DNA of 61,651 nucleotides, filler included. It is 4 parts of 4 records of this genome, joined end to end, with 100 filler letters (N's around TTAATTAATTAA, not from the genome) between each part and the next. Parts side by side here need not be neighbours in the genome. Positions count along the whole stretch, not along the records: positions 1 to 29,306 come from SRR2962707_2015; positions 29,407 to 45,539 come from SRR2962707_2019; 2 more parts are not named here. One strand, 5' to 3'. This document shows positions 29,175 through 38,328 of the stretch, piece after piece. Made by a program: the position numbers and the translations under genes. How positions within the stretch are numbered: the first letter of the stretch is position 1; the number at the start of each line of letters is the position of its first letter. The notes below the pieces were generated by a model, which was given only the letters and a program-made list of their open reading frames with translations, was not told where the DNA came from and made no database searches.

Positions 29175-29306
29175 ATGTCCTCCATCCTCACAAACAACTC
29201 CGCAATGAACGCACTCTCCACTCTGCGGAGCGTGAACAATAACCTTAGCGAAACCCAAAACCGTATCTCTACGGGCATGAAGGTTAACTCCGCCAAGGAT
29301 AACGCT
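29175..29306 (+). CDS. fliC: Flagellin, N-terminal fragment cut by the contig end
   Basis: MSSILTNNSAMNALSTLRSVNNNLSETQNRISTGMKVNSAKDNA; not in the ORF track. Confidence 0.93.
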
Positions 29307-29406
29307 NNNNNNNNNNNNNNNNNNNNNNNNNNNNNNNNNNNNNNNNNNNNTTAATTAATTAANNNNNNNNNNNNNNNNNNNNNNNNNNNNNNNNNNNNNN
29401 NNNNNN
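29307..29406. other. Artificial contig-joining spacer
   Basis: 44 N + TTAATTAATTAA (stops in all six frames) + 44 N; genes on both sides are truncated. Confidence 0.98.
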
Positions 29407-29692
29407 GAAGATCAAGGAAAACGGCTGGGTGCCGATTCACGGGATCGACTGGCGCGAAACCGACCGCAAAGCAGGCCCAGCCTGGCTGAAACGGCACGGC
29501 GATCCTTATACGCTTGCCGGGGATGATCCGCGGTCCGTCGCCGCGATTTCGTTCGGCGTGACCGGCGCACCCGAAACCTTCGTTGTCGATCAGAAGGGCA
29601 TCATCCGCTACAAGCACGTCGGCCCGATAACCGAAGAGGTCTGGCAGGATACACTGCGGCCGCTGATCGAACATCTGCGGGAACAGGGCTGA
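29407..29692 (+). CDS. ccmG: CcmG/DsbE thiol:disulfide protein, C-terminal part
   Basis: WLKRHGDPY, FGVTGAPETFVVD, YKHVGPIT; upstream of ccmH. Confidence 0.9.
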
Positions 29693-30168
29693 TGCTGAGA
29701 ATTCTTTTAGCCGCCCTTGTCTTCATGATGCTGGCATCACCGGTCCTTGCCGTGCAGCCGGATGAAATACTCGATGACCCGGCGCTCGAAGCCCGCGCCC
29801 GTGACGTCGGCAGGGAATTGCGCTGCCTCGTCTGCCAGAACCAGTCCATCGATGATTCCGATGCGGACCTGGCCCGCGACCTTCGTGTCCTGGTGCGAGA
29901 GCGGATCGTTGCCGGAGACAGCAATCAGGAAGTGATCGATTACGTCGTCTCCCGTTACGGCGATTTCGTTTTGCTGAACCCGCCGTTCAAGCTCAAGACC
30001 TATGCCCTCTGGTTCGGTCCGGGCGTGATCATCCTGTTCGGCATGTTTGCCGTATTCATGTTCTTCCGGCGTAAACGCGACGATTCGAAAGAAGACACCA
30101 AACCCGAAGCATTGAGCGATGCGGAAAAGGCACGCCTTGCCAGACTGATCGACGAGGACCGCGGATGA
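29692..30168 (+). CDS. ccmH: Cytochrome c biogenesis protein CcmH/CycL
   Basis: LRCLVCQNQSIDDS, RYGDFVLLNP. Confidence 0.95.
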   Translation: MLRILLAALVFMMLASPVLAVQPDEILDDPALEARARDVGRELRCLVCQNQSIDDSDADLARDLRVLVRERIVAGDSNQEVIDYVVSRYGDFVLLNPPFKLKTYALWFGPGVIILFGMFAVFMFFRRKRDDSKEDTKPEALSDAEKARLARLIDEDRG

Positions 30169-31376
30169 TGTTCTGGGTGCTTGCCGGTTTGCTGACGGTT
30201 CTGGTGCTGGCAGCTCTGCTGTTGCCGCAGTACCGTGCCCAGCAGCGTGCGGCCGGCCGCTCCGAGTACGATATCACCGTCTACAAGGATCAGCTGAGAG
30301 AACTTGAACGCGACCTGGCCGAAGGCCGTATTGCTGAATCCGAGGCCGAAGCCGCACGCCTTGAAGTGCAGCGCCGTCTGCTGGCTGCCGCCGATGCTGC
30401 CGAGAGCGAAAAGTCCCGCGAGGTTGCTCCGGTCAAGGGCAGACGGCTGGTGCTCGTTGCTTCCATTCTGGTGCCGGTCGCGGCGTTCGGCATGTACCTC
30501 AAGACCGGCACCCCCGGTATGCCGGATTTCCCGATGGCTTCGCGCACGGATATCCGTCCGGCGCCGGTTGCCGGTGCGAATGATCCCGAGGGTCAGGCGA
30601 TCGTCGATCTGGCAAAGCGGCTCGAAGAACGCCTGCGCGAAAATCCGGACGATTCAAAAGGCTGGGTTTTGCTGGCCCGCACCTACGGCAGCATAGGCCA
30701 GCCGCGTTCCTCGGCAGCCGCCTACCAGCGTGCGATTGAACTGCTGGGCCGTGATCCGGAACTGCTCGCCGACTGGGCTGAAGCACGGCTGATGGCCAGA
30801 AACGGCAGCTTTACGCCTGAGATTTTCGGCGACTTTCTGGAAGCGCGGGAGAAAAACCCGGTTCTGCCGAAACCATGGTTCTACATCGGTCTCGACAAGG
30901 CGTTTGGGGGCGATCTTTTGGGCGCGGCGCAGTTGTGGACCGATCTGCTGACGATCCACCCGGACAACACAACCTTCGGGCCGACGATCCGTGCACAGAT
31001 CGCGCGTGCGGCAGAAGAGGGCGGATTTGCCATCTCGGACCTGCAGCCGAGCGAAAAGGCAAAGCAACTGGCCGAAGGTCTGGCTGCCGTCGCGGGGCAG
31101 GACCAGACTTCCGTCCCGTCCGGACAGCCGGAAATGTCAGCAAGACCGGTTGCACCAGGTCCGTCACGCGAAGATGTCGAAGCGGCGCAGCAGATGACGG
31201 CTGAAGAGCGTGATGCGTTCATCCGCTCGATGGTGGCGCGGCTGGCCGAAAAGCTGGAAGAAAACCCCAACGACCCGGCCGGCTGGGAACGGCTGATCCG
31301 GGCCTATGATGTGTTGGGTGAAACGGAAAAAGCGGCGGCGGCACGGCAACGCCTGAAGCAGATTCAGGGAAATTGA
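30165..31376 (+). CDS. ccmI: Cytochrome c biogenesis protein CcmI/CycH
   Basis: VYKDQLRELERD, EVQRRLL, TPR region, IRSMVARLAEKL. Confidence 0.92.
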   Translation: MMFWVLAGLLTVLVLAALLLPQYRAQQRAAGRSEYDITVYKDQLRELERDLAEGRIAESEAEAARLEVQRRLLAAADAAESEKSREVAPVKGRRLVLVASILVPVAAFGMYLKTGTPGMPDFPMASRTDIRPAPVAGANDPEGQAIVDLAKRLEERLRENPDDSKGWVLLARTYGSIGQPRSSAAAYQRAIELLGRDPELLADWAEARLMARNGSFTPEIFGDFLEAREKNPVLPKPWFYIGLDKAFGGDLLGAAQLWTDLLTIHPDNTTFGPTIRAQIARAAEEGGFAISDLQPSEKAKQLAEGLAAVAGQDQTSVPSGQPEMSARPVAPGPSREDVEAAQQMTAEERDAFIRSMVARLAEKLEENPNDPAGWERLIRAYDVLGETEKAAAARQRLKQIQGN

Positions 31377-31452
31377 GCGCCGAAAATCTGGAAAAACCGG
31401 AACGCGCCATTTATAACCTCCGCGTGTCGGGTTCTTCACGGACGGGGATACC

Positions 31453-32088
31453 ATGAGTTTAACAGCGATCATCGCACTGGCGCTCGCCAGCTTCGTGTGG
31501 ATGGCGGCGCCGGGGCCGGGTGTATTTGCGACCTCAGCGCGCAGCATGGCGTTCGGTTTCCGCTCGACCCTGCCGTTCATCATGGGGATCGTCAGCGGCG
31601 ATCTGGTTTATCTGCTTTTTGCAATTTTCGGCCTGTCGATGATCGCCGGCATGATGGGGGAACTGTTCATTGTCGTGCGCTGGGCGGGAGCTGCTTATCT
31701 GATCTATCTGGGCGTCAAAGCCTGGCGCCAGCCTGTTGTCCTCGCAAAAGAGGATGAGCGGAAACTGCAGACGTCCGAAGACCGCCGGCGAGGTGCCGTA
31801 CGCGGTTATCTGGGCGGGCTTTTTCTGACACTGGGTAATCCGAAAGTGATTATTTTCTATCTCAGCTTTCTGCCGACATTCACCGATTTGTCGGCCCTGA
31901 CATTCGCGAGTGGTGTCGCCATCGTGGCAATTCCGCTGACGGTGCTGTTGGGCGTGCTGGTGATGTATGCACTGGCGGCAACGCAACTTCGCCGTCTCTT
32001 TCGTACCGAACGTGCGGTCCGCTTCATGAACCGGTGCGCCGGGTCGATCATGATCGGTGCCGGATGCGCGGTCGCGGCCCGTAACTGA
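31453..32088 (+). CDS. LysE/RhtB family exporter
   Basis: APGPG, GAAYLIYLG, GNPKVIIFY. Confidence 0.92.
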   Translation: MSLTAIIALALASFVWMAAPGPGVFATSARSMAFGFRSTLPFIMGIVSGDLVYLLFAIFGLSMIAGMMGELFIVVRWAGAAYLIYLGVKAWRQPVVLAKEDERKLQTSEDRRRGAVRGYLGGLFLTLGNPKVIIFYLSFLPTFTDLSALTFASGVAIVAIPLTVLLGVLVMYALAATQLRRLFRTERAVRFMNRCAGSIMIGAGCAVAARN

Positions 32089-32121
32089 TTTCAACTTTCT
32101 AACGCCGAGGAACGAACCTTC

Positions 32122-33318
32122 ATGGCCCAACTGAAAACCCTTGATGATCTTGATGTCGCCGGTAAGCGGGTTCTGGTCCGCGTCGATTTCAACGTCCCCA
32201 TGCGCGATGGCAAAATCACCGATACCACGCGGATCGATCGCGCTCTGGAAACATTGAACGAGCTGGCGGACAAGGGGGCCAAGGTCGTCATTCTGTCGCA
32301 TTTCGGCCGTCCCAAGGGACAGGTCGTTGCCGACATGTCACTGCGTCCAATCGCCGAGGGTCTGGCGGATATTTCCGGCCGTGCGGTCGTTTTTGCCGAA
32401 GACTGCATCGGCCCCCAGGCGCAGGACGTGATTGCTTCGGCACCGGACGGCGGCTTCGTTGTACTCGAAAATCTGCGCTTTCACGCCGGTGAGGAAAAGA
32501 ACGACCCGGAATTCGCCAAGGCGCTGGCGGCGAATGGTGACATCTTCGTTTCCGACGCTTTTTCGACGGCGCACCGGGCCCATGCCTCAACTGAGGGGAT
32601 CACTCACCTTTTGCCGACAGCTGCCGGACGTCTGATGCAGGCCGAGATCGAAGCCCTTTCGGGCGCCCTTGAAACACCGGCGCACCCGGTGATCGCCGTC
32701 GTCGGCGGGGCCAAGGTATCGACCAAGATGGCGGTTCTCGGCCACCTTGCCGAAAAGGTCGACCAGATCGTCATCGGCGGCGGGATGGCCAATACGTTTC
32801 TGTATGCCAACGGTGTCGGGATCGGCAATTCCCTGTGTGAAAAGGAAATGGCTGACGAGGCCCGCGCCATTGTCGATGTCGCCCGCAATGCCGGGTGCGA
32901 GATCGTCCTGCCGCTGGATGCGGTCGTCGCTGCGGCCTTTGCCGAAGGCGCACCGTCGAAGACCGTCGAGCTTTCCGACGTGCCGGATGACATGATGATT
33001 CTGGATATCGGCCCGAAGAGCATCGCCGATCTGCAGACGCGTCTGCAGTCCGCAAAGACGGTCCTGTGGAATGGCCCGCTCGGCGCCTTTGAAGTCACGC
33101 CCTTCGATGCGGGAACGACCGCTGTTGCGCGGACCGTCGCCGAACTGACGGGGGCGGGCAAACTGCTCTCCGTCGCCGGCGGCGGGGACACGGTGGCGGC
33201 TTTGGCGAATGCCGGAGCGGAAGACGGGTTTTCCTATGTCTCGGCTGCGGGCGGCGCTTTCCTGGAATGGATCGAAGGCAAGTCGCTGCCGGGCGTCATC
33301 GTCCTGATGGACGGCTGA
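32122..33318 (+). CDS. pgk: Phosphoglycerate kinase
   Basis: [32 protein letters not shown]. Confidence 0.98.
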   Translation: MAQLKTLDDLDVAGKRVLVRVDFNVPMRDGKITDTTRIDRALETLNELADKGAKVVILSHFGRPKGQVVADMSLRPIAEGLADISGRAVVFAEDCIGPQAQDVIASAPDGGFVVLENLRFHAGEEKNDPEFAKALAANGDIFVSDAFSTAHRAHASTEGITHLLPTAAGRLMQAEIEALSGALETPAHPVIAVVGGAKVSTKMAVLGHLAEKVDQIVIGGGMANTFLYANGVGIGNSLCEKEMADEARAIVDVARNAGCEIVLPLDAVVAAAFAEGAPSKTVELSDVPDDMMILDIGPKSIADLQTRLQSAKTVLWNGPLGAFEVTPFDAGTTAVARTVAELTGAGKLLSVAGGGDTVAALANAGAEDGFSYVSAAGGAFLEWIEGKSLPGVIVLMDG

Positions 33319-33331
33319 AACGCAGTACGGA

Positions 33332-35323
33332 TCAGGCGAACGGATCGTCGTTTGAGCGTTTCGGTGCACGCTGTTCCGACAGGGCACCCGGTTTTGCCGG
33401 ATGTACGCGGCTCAGAATATCGTCCAGCATGTTCTGCAGGTATTCCGACTGGTTGAGCAGCCGGTGCGTGGCATCGAGAGCCTGATGCGATGCCGTTTCG
33501 GCGATTTCCCGTGCGATTTCACTGACTTCGGACAGGGTGTTCTTGATCCGGTGCGCCGTCCGCTCGGTCTGGTCCGTGGCTTCACGCAGATGATCGAAGC
33601 GCTGGGCGTAGACCCGCTCGGCTTCAGACGTCCGCTTGTCGGTGGAAAACGCTACCAGATTGTCCTCATCGTCGCGGGACGGATCACGGACGGCTTCCTT
33701 GCCGGGTGAGCGGAAGGCCAGCAGATTGCTCTGGTCCCTGATCGTCATCACCAATTCCCCGATATCGTCCACTAGAACGGTCATCTGATCGATGCCCTTA
33801 ATCAGGGCTTCGGTCCGTTCAACGTCATTGGCGGCGGCCGTGACGTACTGGGTGAAGTTCTGCAACTGCTGACTGACCGAGGAAATGGCGCCGCCGCGGA
33901 CGTCCTCGCCGATATCGAGGGCCGGGATGGGCCGGCTGCGGGGACGATAGCTCGGGCGCTCGATCGCTGCTTCCGGCTCCGGCGCCGGTTCGGGTTTCAT
34001 TTCAGGTTCTGGGGCCGGCTGCGGTGCCGGTTCAGGTGCGGGCAGCGCTTTCATCGGCGCCTCATCGCGTTCCCGTTCAGCTTTCTCGGCCCGCTGCTCA
34101 GCGACATATGCACGTTCGCTCGCCTCGTCGGCATCGGCGATGGCATTGCCCAGACGCTCGCGGGTGCGTTCCAGGTCCGTGCGCAGCTGATCCACTTCGA
34201 TGATGGTATCGGCCCAGCCGTCGAGCATCCTGGCGATACGGCCGAAATCGTCCTTGTTGCCCTGCGCGGGGACCGTGATGTGGCTGGCGCCGCGCGCAAT
34301 CCGCTCGGTCGCATCGGCGATCCGTCGTGCCGGGCTGCTCAGGCTCTTGATCAACAGCAGACCGAAAAACAGCAGCCACAGCAGGATCGCCATGGAACCG
34401 CCGAGGATCGTGTAACGGCCGAACAACTGCATGTTGCGGACGTCGGCGGCAGCCTGTATCCGCAGGCGCTCGGAAAATCCGGCAAGACCGGTCAGGCTCG
34501 GCACGAAGTATTCGAACAGTTCCTCGAACCGGCGGGTCTGGTCGGCAAGCGCAAAGCGGGCATTGATGATCGACAGCATCTGCGTTTCGTGCTGCTTCAG
34601 CAGTTGATCGATCCGCGCCTTCTGGATGGCATCGAGATTTCCGGCGGCGACGAATTCCGTCAGGGCATCGTATCGTTTGCGGATTTCCTCGACCCCCTTG
34701 ACCGAACCGGAACGGATCGTCTCATCGCCCTGCTGGTCGATCCGCTCGACCTGATTGATCAGGTTAGCATTACCGCTTTCACGAAAGGCAGCCCGCAATT
34801 CGGCAGAGGTGCGGCGCAACTGTGCCATCAGGCCGGTTTCAGAATTGCCGCCGATTTCGCGTTCGGCATTCAGAAAAGTCTGAAACTGCTGGTCGTACTG
34901 CACCAGGCCGTCGCGGATGGTGGTGACATGCTGCGCCAGGGGCTGGGCTTCCGGGAAGCTGAACAGTTCATCCAGCGCGGCTGAGACGTCGGCGAGATCG
35001 GCTGAAAAACCGTCGGCGATCTCGGTGTCGCGGGTCAGCAAGAATTTGCGCTGGCGTGCCTGCAGGCTATAGGTGCCGCGTTCGACCCGGTTGGATAATT
35101 CGTCGATCCGCGAGGCCCGCTGCAGGTTCTGCAGGGATTGATCGAGACGTTGATCGACATGGTAATAAAGAGCGGCGAAAGCACCGGCCGCCATCAGGCA
35201 GGCGACAAAAAACAGCCAGGAACGCGCCCCCAGACTGAGCCCGCCCAGAAACGTCCGCTCACCCAGACCGCTGGAGGCCGTATCGTAGTCCATGTCGTCT
35301 TCGCGATCCGCGCGGATTGCCAT
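33332..35323 (-). CDS. Two-TM HAMP protein with helical periplasmic domain and degenerate MCP-like signalling domain
   Basis: TM1, about 270-aa helical domain, TM2, HAMP, coiled coil, PAPEP linker, IRDQSNLLAF remnant of the MCP motif. Confidence 0.75.
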   Translation of the reverse strand: MAIRADREDDMDYDTASSGLGERTFLGGLSLGARSWLFFVACLMAAGAFAALYYHVDQRLDQSLQNLQRASRIDELSNRVERGTYSLQARQRKFLLTRDTEIADGFSADLADVSAALDELFSFPEAQPLAQHVTTIRDGLVQYDQQFQTFLNAEREIGGNSETGLMAQLRRTSAELRAAFRESGNANLINQVERIDQQGDETIRSGSVKGVEEIRKRYDALTEFVAAGNLDAIQKARIDQLLKQHETQMLSIINARFALADQTRRFEELFEYFVPSLTGLAGFSERLRIQAAADVRNMQLFGRYTILGGSMAILLWLLFFGLLLIKSLSSPARRIADATERIARGASHITVPAQGNKDDFGRIARMLDGWADTIIEVDQLRTDLERTRERLGNAIADADEASERAYVAEQRAEKAERERDEAPMKALPAPEPAPQPAPEPEMKPEPAPEPEAAIERPSYRPRSRPIPALDIGEDVRGGAISSVSQQLQNFTQYVTAAANDVERTEALIKGIDQMTVLVDDIGELVMTIRDQSNLLAFRSPGKEAVRDPSRDDEDNLVAFSTDKRTSEAERVYAQRFDHLREATDQTERTAHRIKNTLSEVSEIAREIAETASHQALDATHRLLNQSEYLQNMLDDILSRVHPAKPGALSEQRAPKRSNDDPFA

Positions 35324-35492
35324 ATGTCATTCCTTCGCCCGCATCCCTGTAAGCGGGGTCTGTATGTATACCACCCGGTTACCGGTTTCGCAGCCGCATT
35401 TGCAGCTATTTGTTATACCTGACAGTATGCGCCGCTGTAAGATCGGGTGTGAAGAGGGACGTTTTCCCGAAATTGGGTAATTCGGCAGTATC

Positions 35493-36032
35493 ATGAGCGA
35501 ACACAAAGATATTCAAACCAGACCGGCGCAGGGGCCGGTGGTGAAGGCCGTCCCGGAAGGCGATGACCGTGAACGTATGATGTGCGTCGATTGCGGGTTC
35601 GTTCACTATGATAACCCGCGCATTGTCGCCGGTGCGGTGTGTACGTGGGAAGGAAAAATCCTGCTGTGCCGCCGGGCGATCGAACCCCGGATCGGATACT
35701 GGACGATCCCGGCGGGTTATCTGGAACTGAATGAAACCATCCAGGAAGGTGCCAGACGCGAGGTCGTCGAAGAATCCGGGGCGATTGTCGAGATCGGCCC
35801 GTTCCTGGGTATGTTCGAGATTCCGCGAATTTCACAGATCTACATGATCTATGAGGCCGCGATGACCGGCCCTGAACTTGATCCCGGCCCAGAAAGCCTT
35901 GAAGCGGGGTTGTTCGCATGGGACGAAATCCCCTGGGATGAGCTTGCATTCCCAAGCGTCACCTGGGCGCTGAATAAGTTCCGGGATGGCGGGGGGCCGC
36001 ATTTCGTCATTCACAACCATCCGAAAACCTGA
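35493..36032 (+). CDS. NUDIX hydrolase with N-terminal zinc-ribbon-like segment
   Basis: [34 protein letters not shown] Nudix box. Confidence 0.92.
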   Translation: MSEHKDIQTRPAQGPVVKAVPEGDDRERMMCVDCGFVHYDNPRIVAGAVCTWEGKILLCRRAIEPRIGYWTIPAGYLELNETIQEGARREVVEESGAIVEIGPFLGMFEIPRISQIYMIYEAAMTGPELDPGPESLEAGLFAWDEIPWDELAFPSVTWALNKFRDGGGPHFVIHNHPKT

Positions 36033-36067
36033 GCTTTCCACAGAAAAACCCACTCAGCCGGATATCG

Positions 36068-36083
36068 TTTACCGGGCGTTAAC
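36068..36083 (+). promoter_or_regulatory. Near-consensus CtrA box
   Basis: TTTA-ccgggcg-TTAAC versus TTAA-N7-TTAAC (one mismatch), 24 nt upstream of ORF 36108. Confidence 0.4.
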
Positions 36084-36107
36084 CCTTTTCCAGCTAGCGT
36101 CCTTTTC

Positions 36108-36338
36108 ATGACGGATGGGATCAAACTAAGCGGTGGCGGCCTGGGGGCGACAAAGCCCGCACGTACGCATTATCAGTCCGAGGAAGTGCGGGAAGTACAA
36201 TCGCGCGCACGGTTTCTCGAACATGAACAGACGCCGCAGGAACAGGCCGGACTCAAGCGCCTTCGGGGTCTGCTCAATCAGGGGCTGCCGCTCGATCAGG
36301 GCGCACCACGCGGTTTTTACCTGAACATCCGGGTCTGA
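36108..36338 (+). CDS. Small hypothetical protein
   Basis: 76-aa ORF filling the intergenic space; ends APRGFYLNIRV. Confidence 0.65.
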   Translation: MTDGIKLSGGGLGATKPARTHYQSEEVREVQSRARFLEHEQTPQEQAGLKRLRGLLNQGLPLDQGAPRGFYLNIRV

Positions 36339-36349
36339 GGACCGCCGTC

Positions 36350-36775
36350 ATGAGACGGCTCGGCTTTTCCATTATTTTTCTGACAATGCTTCTTTCACAC
36401 GCGGCAGACGCGGCGACGTTGAATGTCGAGATCACCGGGTTGGAAAGCGACAACGGTGATGTGCACATCGCGCTTTATGACAAACCCGAGGCTTTCCCCA
36501 AATCCGACGGCATGTTGGCGGAAAGACAGATCAGCATAACCGGCCGTAAAGCATCGCTGGTTTTTACGGGCCTTGAACCCGGTGTGTATGCGATCGCCGT
36601 TTACCACGATGAAAACGGCAACAACGATTTCGATCAGGGGTTTCTCGGCATTCCTCTTGAGGACTACGGCTTTTCAAACAATGCCAGGGTCTTCTTCGGC
36701 CCGCCGGCTTTCGATGAAGCAGCTTTCCGGGTCGAGGACCCTGCGACCCGGATAAGCATCGACTTAGGGAACTGA
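36350..36775 (+). CDS. DUF2141 family exported protein
   Basis: PGVYAIAVYHDENGN...GIPLEDYGFSNN...GPPAF. Confidence 0.92.
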   Translation: MRRLGFSIIFLTMLLSHAADAATLNVEITGLESDNGDVHIALYDKPEAFPKSDGMLAERQISITGRKASLVFTGLEPGVYAIAVYHDENGNNDFDQGFLGIPLEDYGFSNNARVFFGPPAFDEAAFRVEDPATRISIDLGN

Positions 36776-36787
36776 TCCCCGTCGCTT

Positions 36788-37582
36788 TCAGCAGTTCGCG
36801 CAGCCACCATCATCGAAATTGTTATAGATCCGTGCAAACAGCAGCGGAAATTCCGGTAATCCGGCAATGCCGCCGCCGGCCCCATCCTGGGCGAGAACCA
36901 GATTCTTGGTCTGTATGTCTTTAGCCGGTGGTGGCGTTTTCTTGTTCAGCGCGTAGGCCGACTCGACCCGGAGCGGCACGGAAATGCCGCGAATCTGAAT
37001 GGCCTTCACGTATGCACGCGCATCCTCGGCGCCAAAGGATGTCCCTTTGGGTGCGCAGTGAAAACCGAACATGACCTTGCTGGGCCGAAGGTATTGATCA
37101 TCCATCCGGGTATCCCAGCGGCTTGAAAAGCCGGCGCATTCGCGGCCGTTCTCGACCTGTCGGTAAGGCTGAACCCAGAACGAGGCAAAATCATTGTCGA
37201 CGTTGAAGCTCTCGTCGAATTTGAGGGTCTGGCCCATGTTGAACCGCCATTTCGGCACCTGCGAGGCAATCAGCTTGTCGTAATCAATGACAGTCCGGTC
37301 CTTGAATAGGGGTTTGGTCTCGGCAAATACCATTTCCGACTGCCCCTTGGCGGAGCGGAACAGGGCGTATTCCTCAAAGATGCGGGAATCGCCGTAGTGC
37401 ACCCGGGTCGGTGTGATGCCGCTATAGGCGGCCGCCTCGACAAGGATGCGGCCGTCCGGCTCGACCGGCTGGGTGAAAACCCCGGTATCGATCTTGTTGA
37501 AACTGCACGCGCCCAGCGTGGCGGCGAGGGCCAGCAGGCAGGTGGCTTTGAGAATTCTGTAAGAGGGCATGTGCTCTATCAT
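36788..37582 (-). CDS. Hypothetical lipoprotein
   Basis: Lipobox LGAC; 264 aa; C-terminal CANC. Confidence 0.7.
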   Translation of the reverse strand: MIEHMPSYRILKATCLLALAATLGACSFNKIDTGVFTQPVEPDGRILVEAAAYSGITPTRVHYGDSRIFEEYALFRSAKGQSEMVFAETKPLFKDRTVIDYDKLIASQVPKWRFNMGQTLKFDESFNVDNDFASFWVQPYRQVENGRECAGFSSRWDTRMDDQYLRPSKVMFGFHCAPKGTSFGAEDARAYVKAIQIRGISVPLRVESAYALNKKTPPPAKDIQTKNLVLAQDGAGGGIAGLPEFPLLFARIYNNFDDGGCANC

Positions 37583-37588
37583 CCTTTG

Positions 37589-38173
37589 TTAGAAGCCGGC
37601 CCCCGGTCGGCTCAGGTATTCTTCCTCGTCTGCGGTATTTTCGCGCCCCAACGCGGCATTCCGGTGCGGGAACCGCCCATAGGCGGCAATGACGTCGTAA
37701 TGCGCCTTCGCATATCCCGTTAAGTCATCGTACCCCATTTCCTCGAATAATCGAACCGCCTCGGCCTGATCATCCATGTTTTCGGCATGTTCGAACGGCA
37801 GATAGAAGAACATGCGGCGGTTGGGGGCTGGCTGATGCAGGTCGAATTCCCTGTCGATGGCGGCACGCGCCCATTTGCGCGCCAGGGGGTCGCCGGCAAA
37901 GGCCTTGGCTGTCCCGCGGTAGATATTGCGCGGGAACTGATCAAGGGTGATGACGATCGCCAGGTAATCATCCGCGGTTTCCACCTCGGCGTCGAAGTCG
38001 CCGTTTTTGGCTCGTTCGTGGATGTCCTGAAACCGGCTGCGAATCTCTTCGTCCTTTTCAGGTGTCGACTTGAACCAGAACGGCTGCATGGTCTCGGTAT
38101 CATCGCCTAGATCGCCGAACCAGAATGACAATACCGCCTGTGTGACGTCGCGCATGGTCAAAACTTCGCTCAT
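37589..38173 (-). CDS. DUF924 family protein
   Basis: VLSFWFG, LDQFPRNIYRG, FFYLPFEHAE, GRFPHRN. Confidence 0.92.
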   Translation of the reverse strand: MSEVLTMRDVTQAVLSFWFGDLGDDTETMQPFWFKSTPEKDEEIRSRFQDIHERAKNGDFDAEVETADDYLAIVITLDQFPRNIYRGTAKAFAGDPLARKWARAAIDREFDLHQPAPNRRMFFYLPFEHAENMDDQAEAVRLFEEMGYDDLTGYAKAHYDVIAAYGRFPHRNAALGRENTADEEEYLSRPGAGF

Positions 38174-38328
38174 AAGAGAATATATGGCACGTTCCGGCGT
38201 CAGTAAAAGGTCCTCGCGCTTGACCGGCTGTAAAGTTCCCGTGAGCATGCGCGAATGCCTGATCAACATCACCATCATCTGATAAGGTACGAACCGCTTC
38301 CGATTCTGTCCCGAGAGCATTGAGGCGC

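Noticed and set aside
29351-29362. TTAATTAATTAA as a biological repeat or regulator site (also at 45584 and 50965)
   Set aside because: Identical context of 44 N on each side three times; a synthetic six-frame stop linker
32122-33318. pgk outside a gap/tkt/fba operon as a novelty
   Set aside because: Scattered glycolytic genes are common; no mobile-element signature seen
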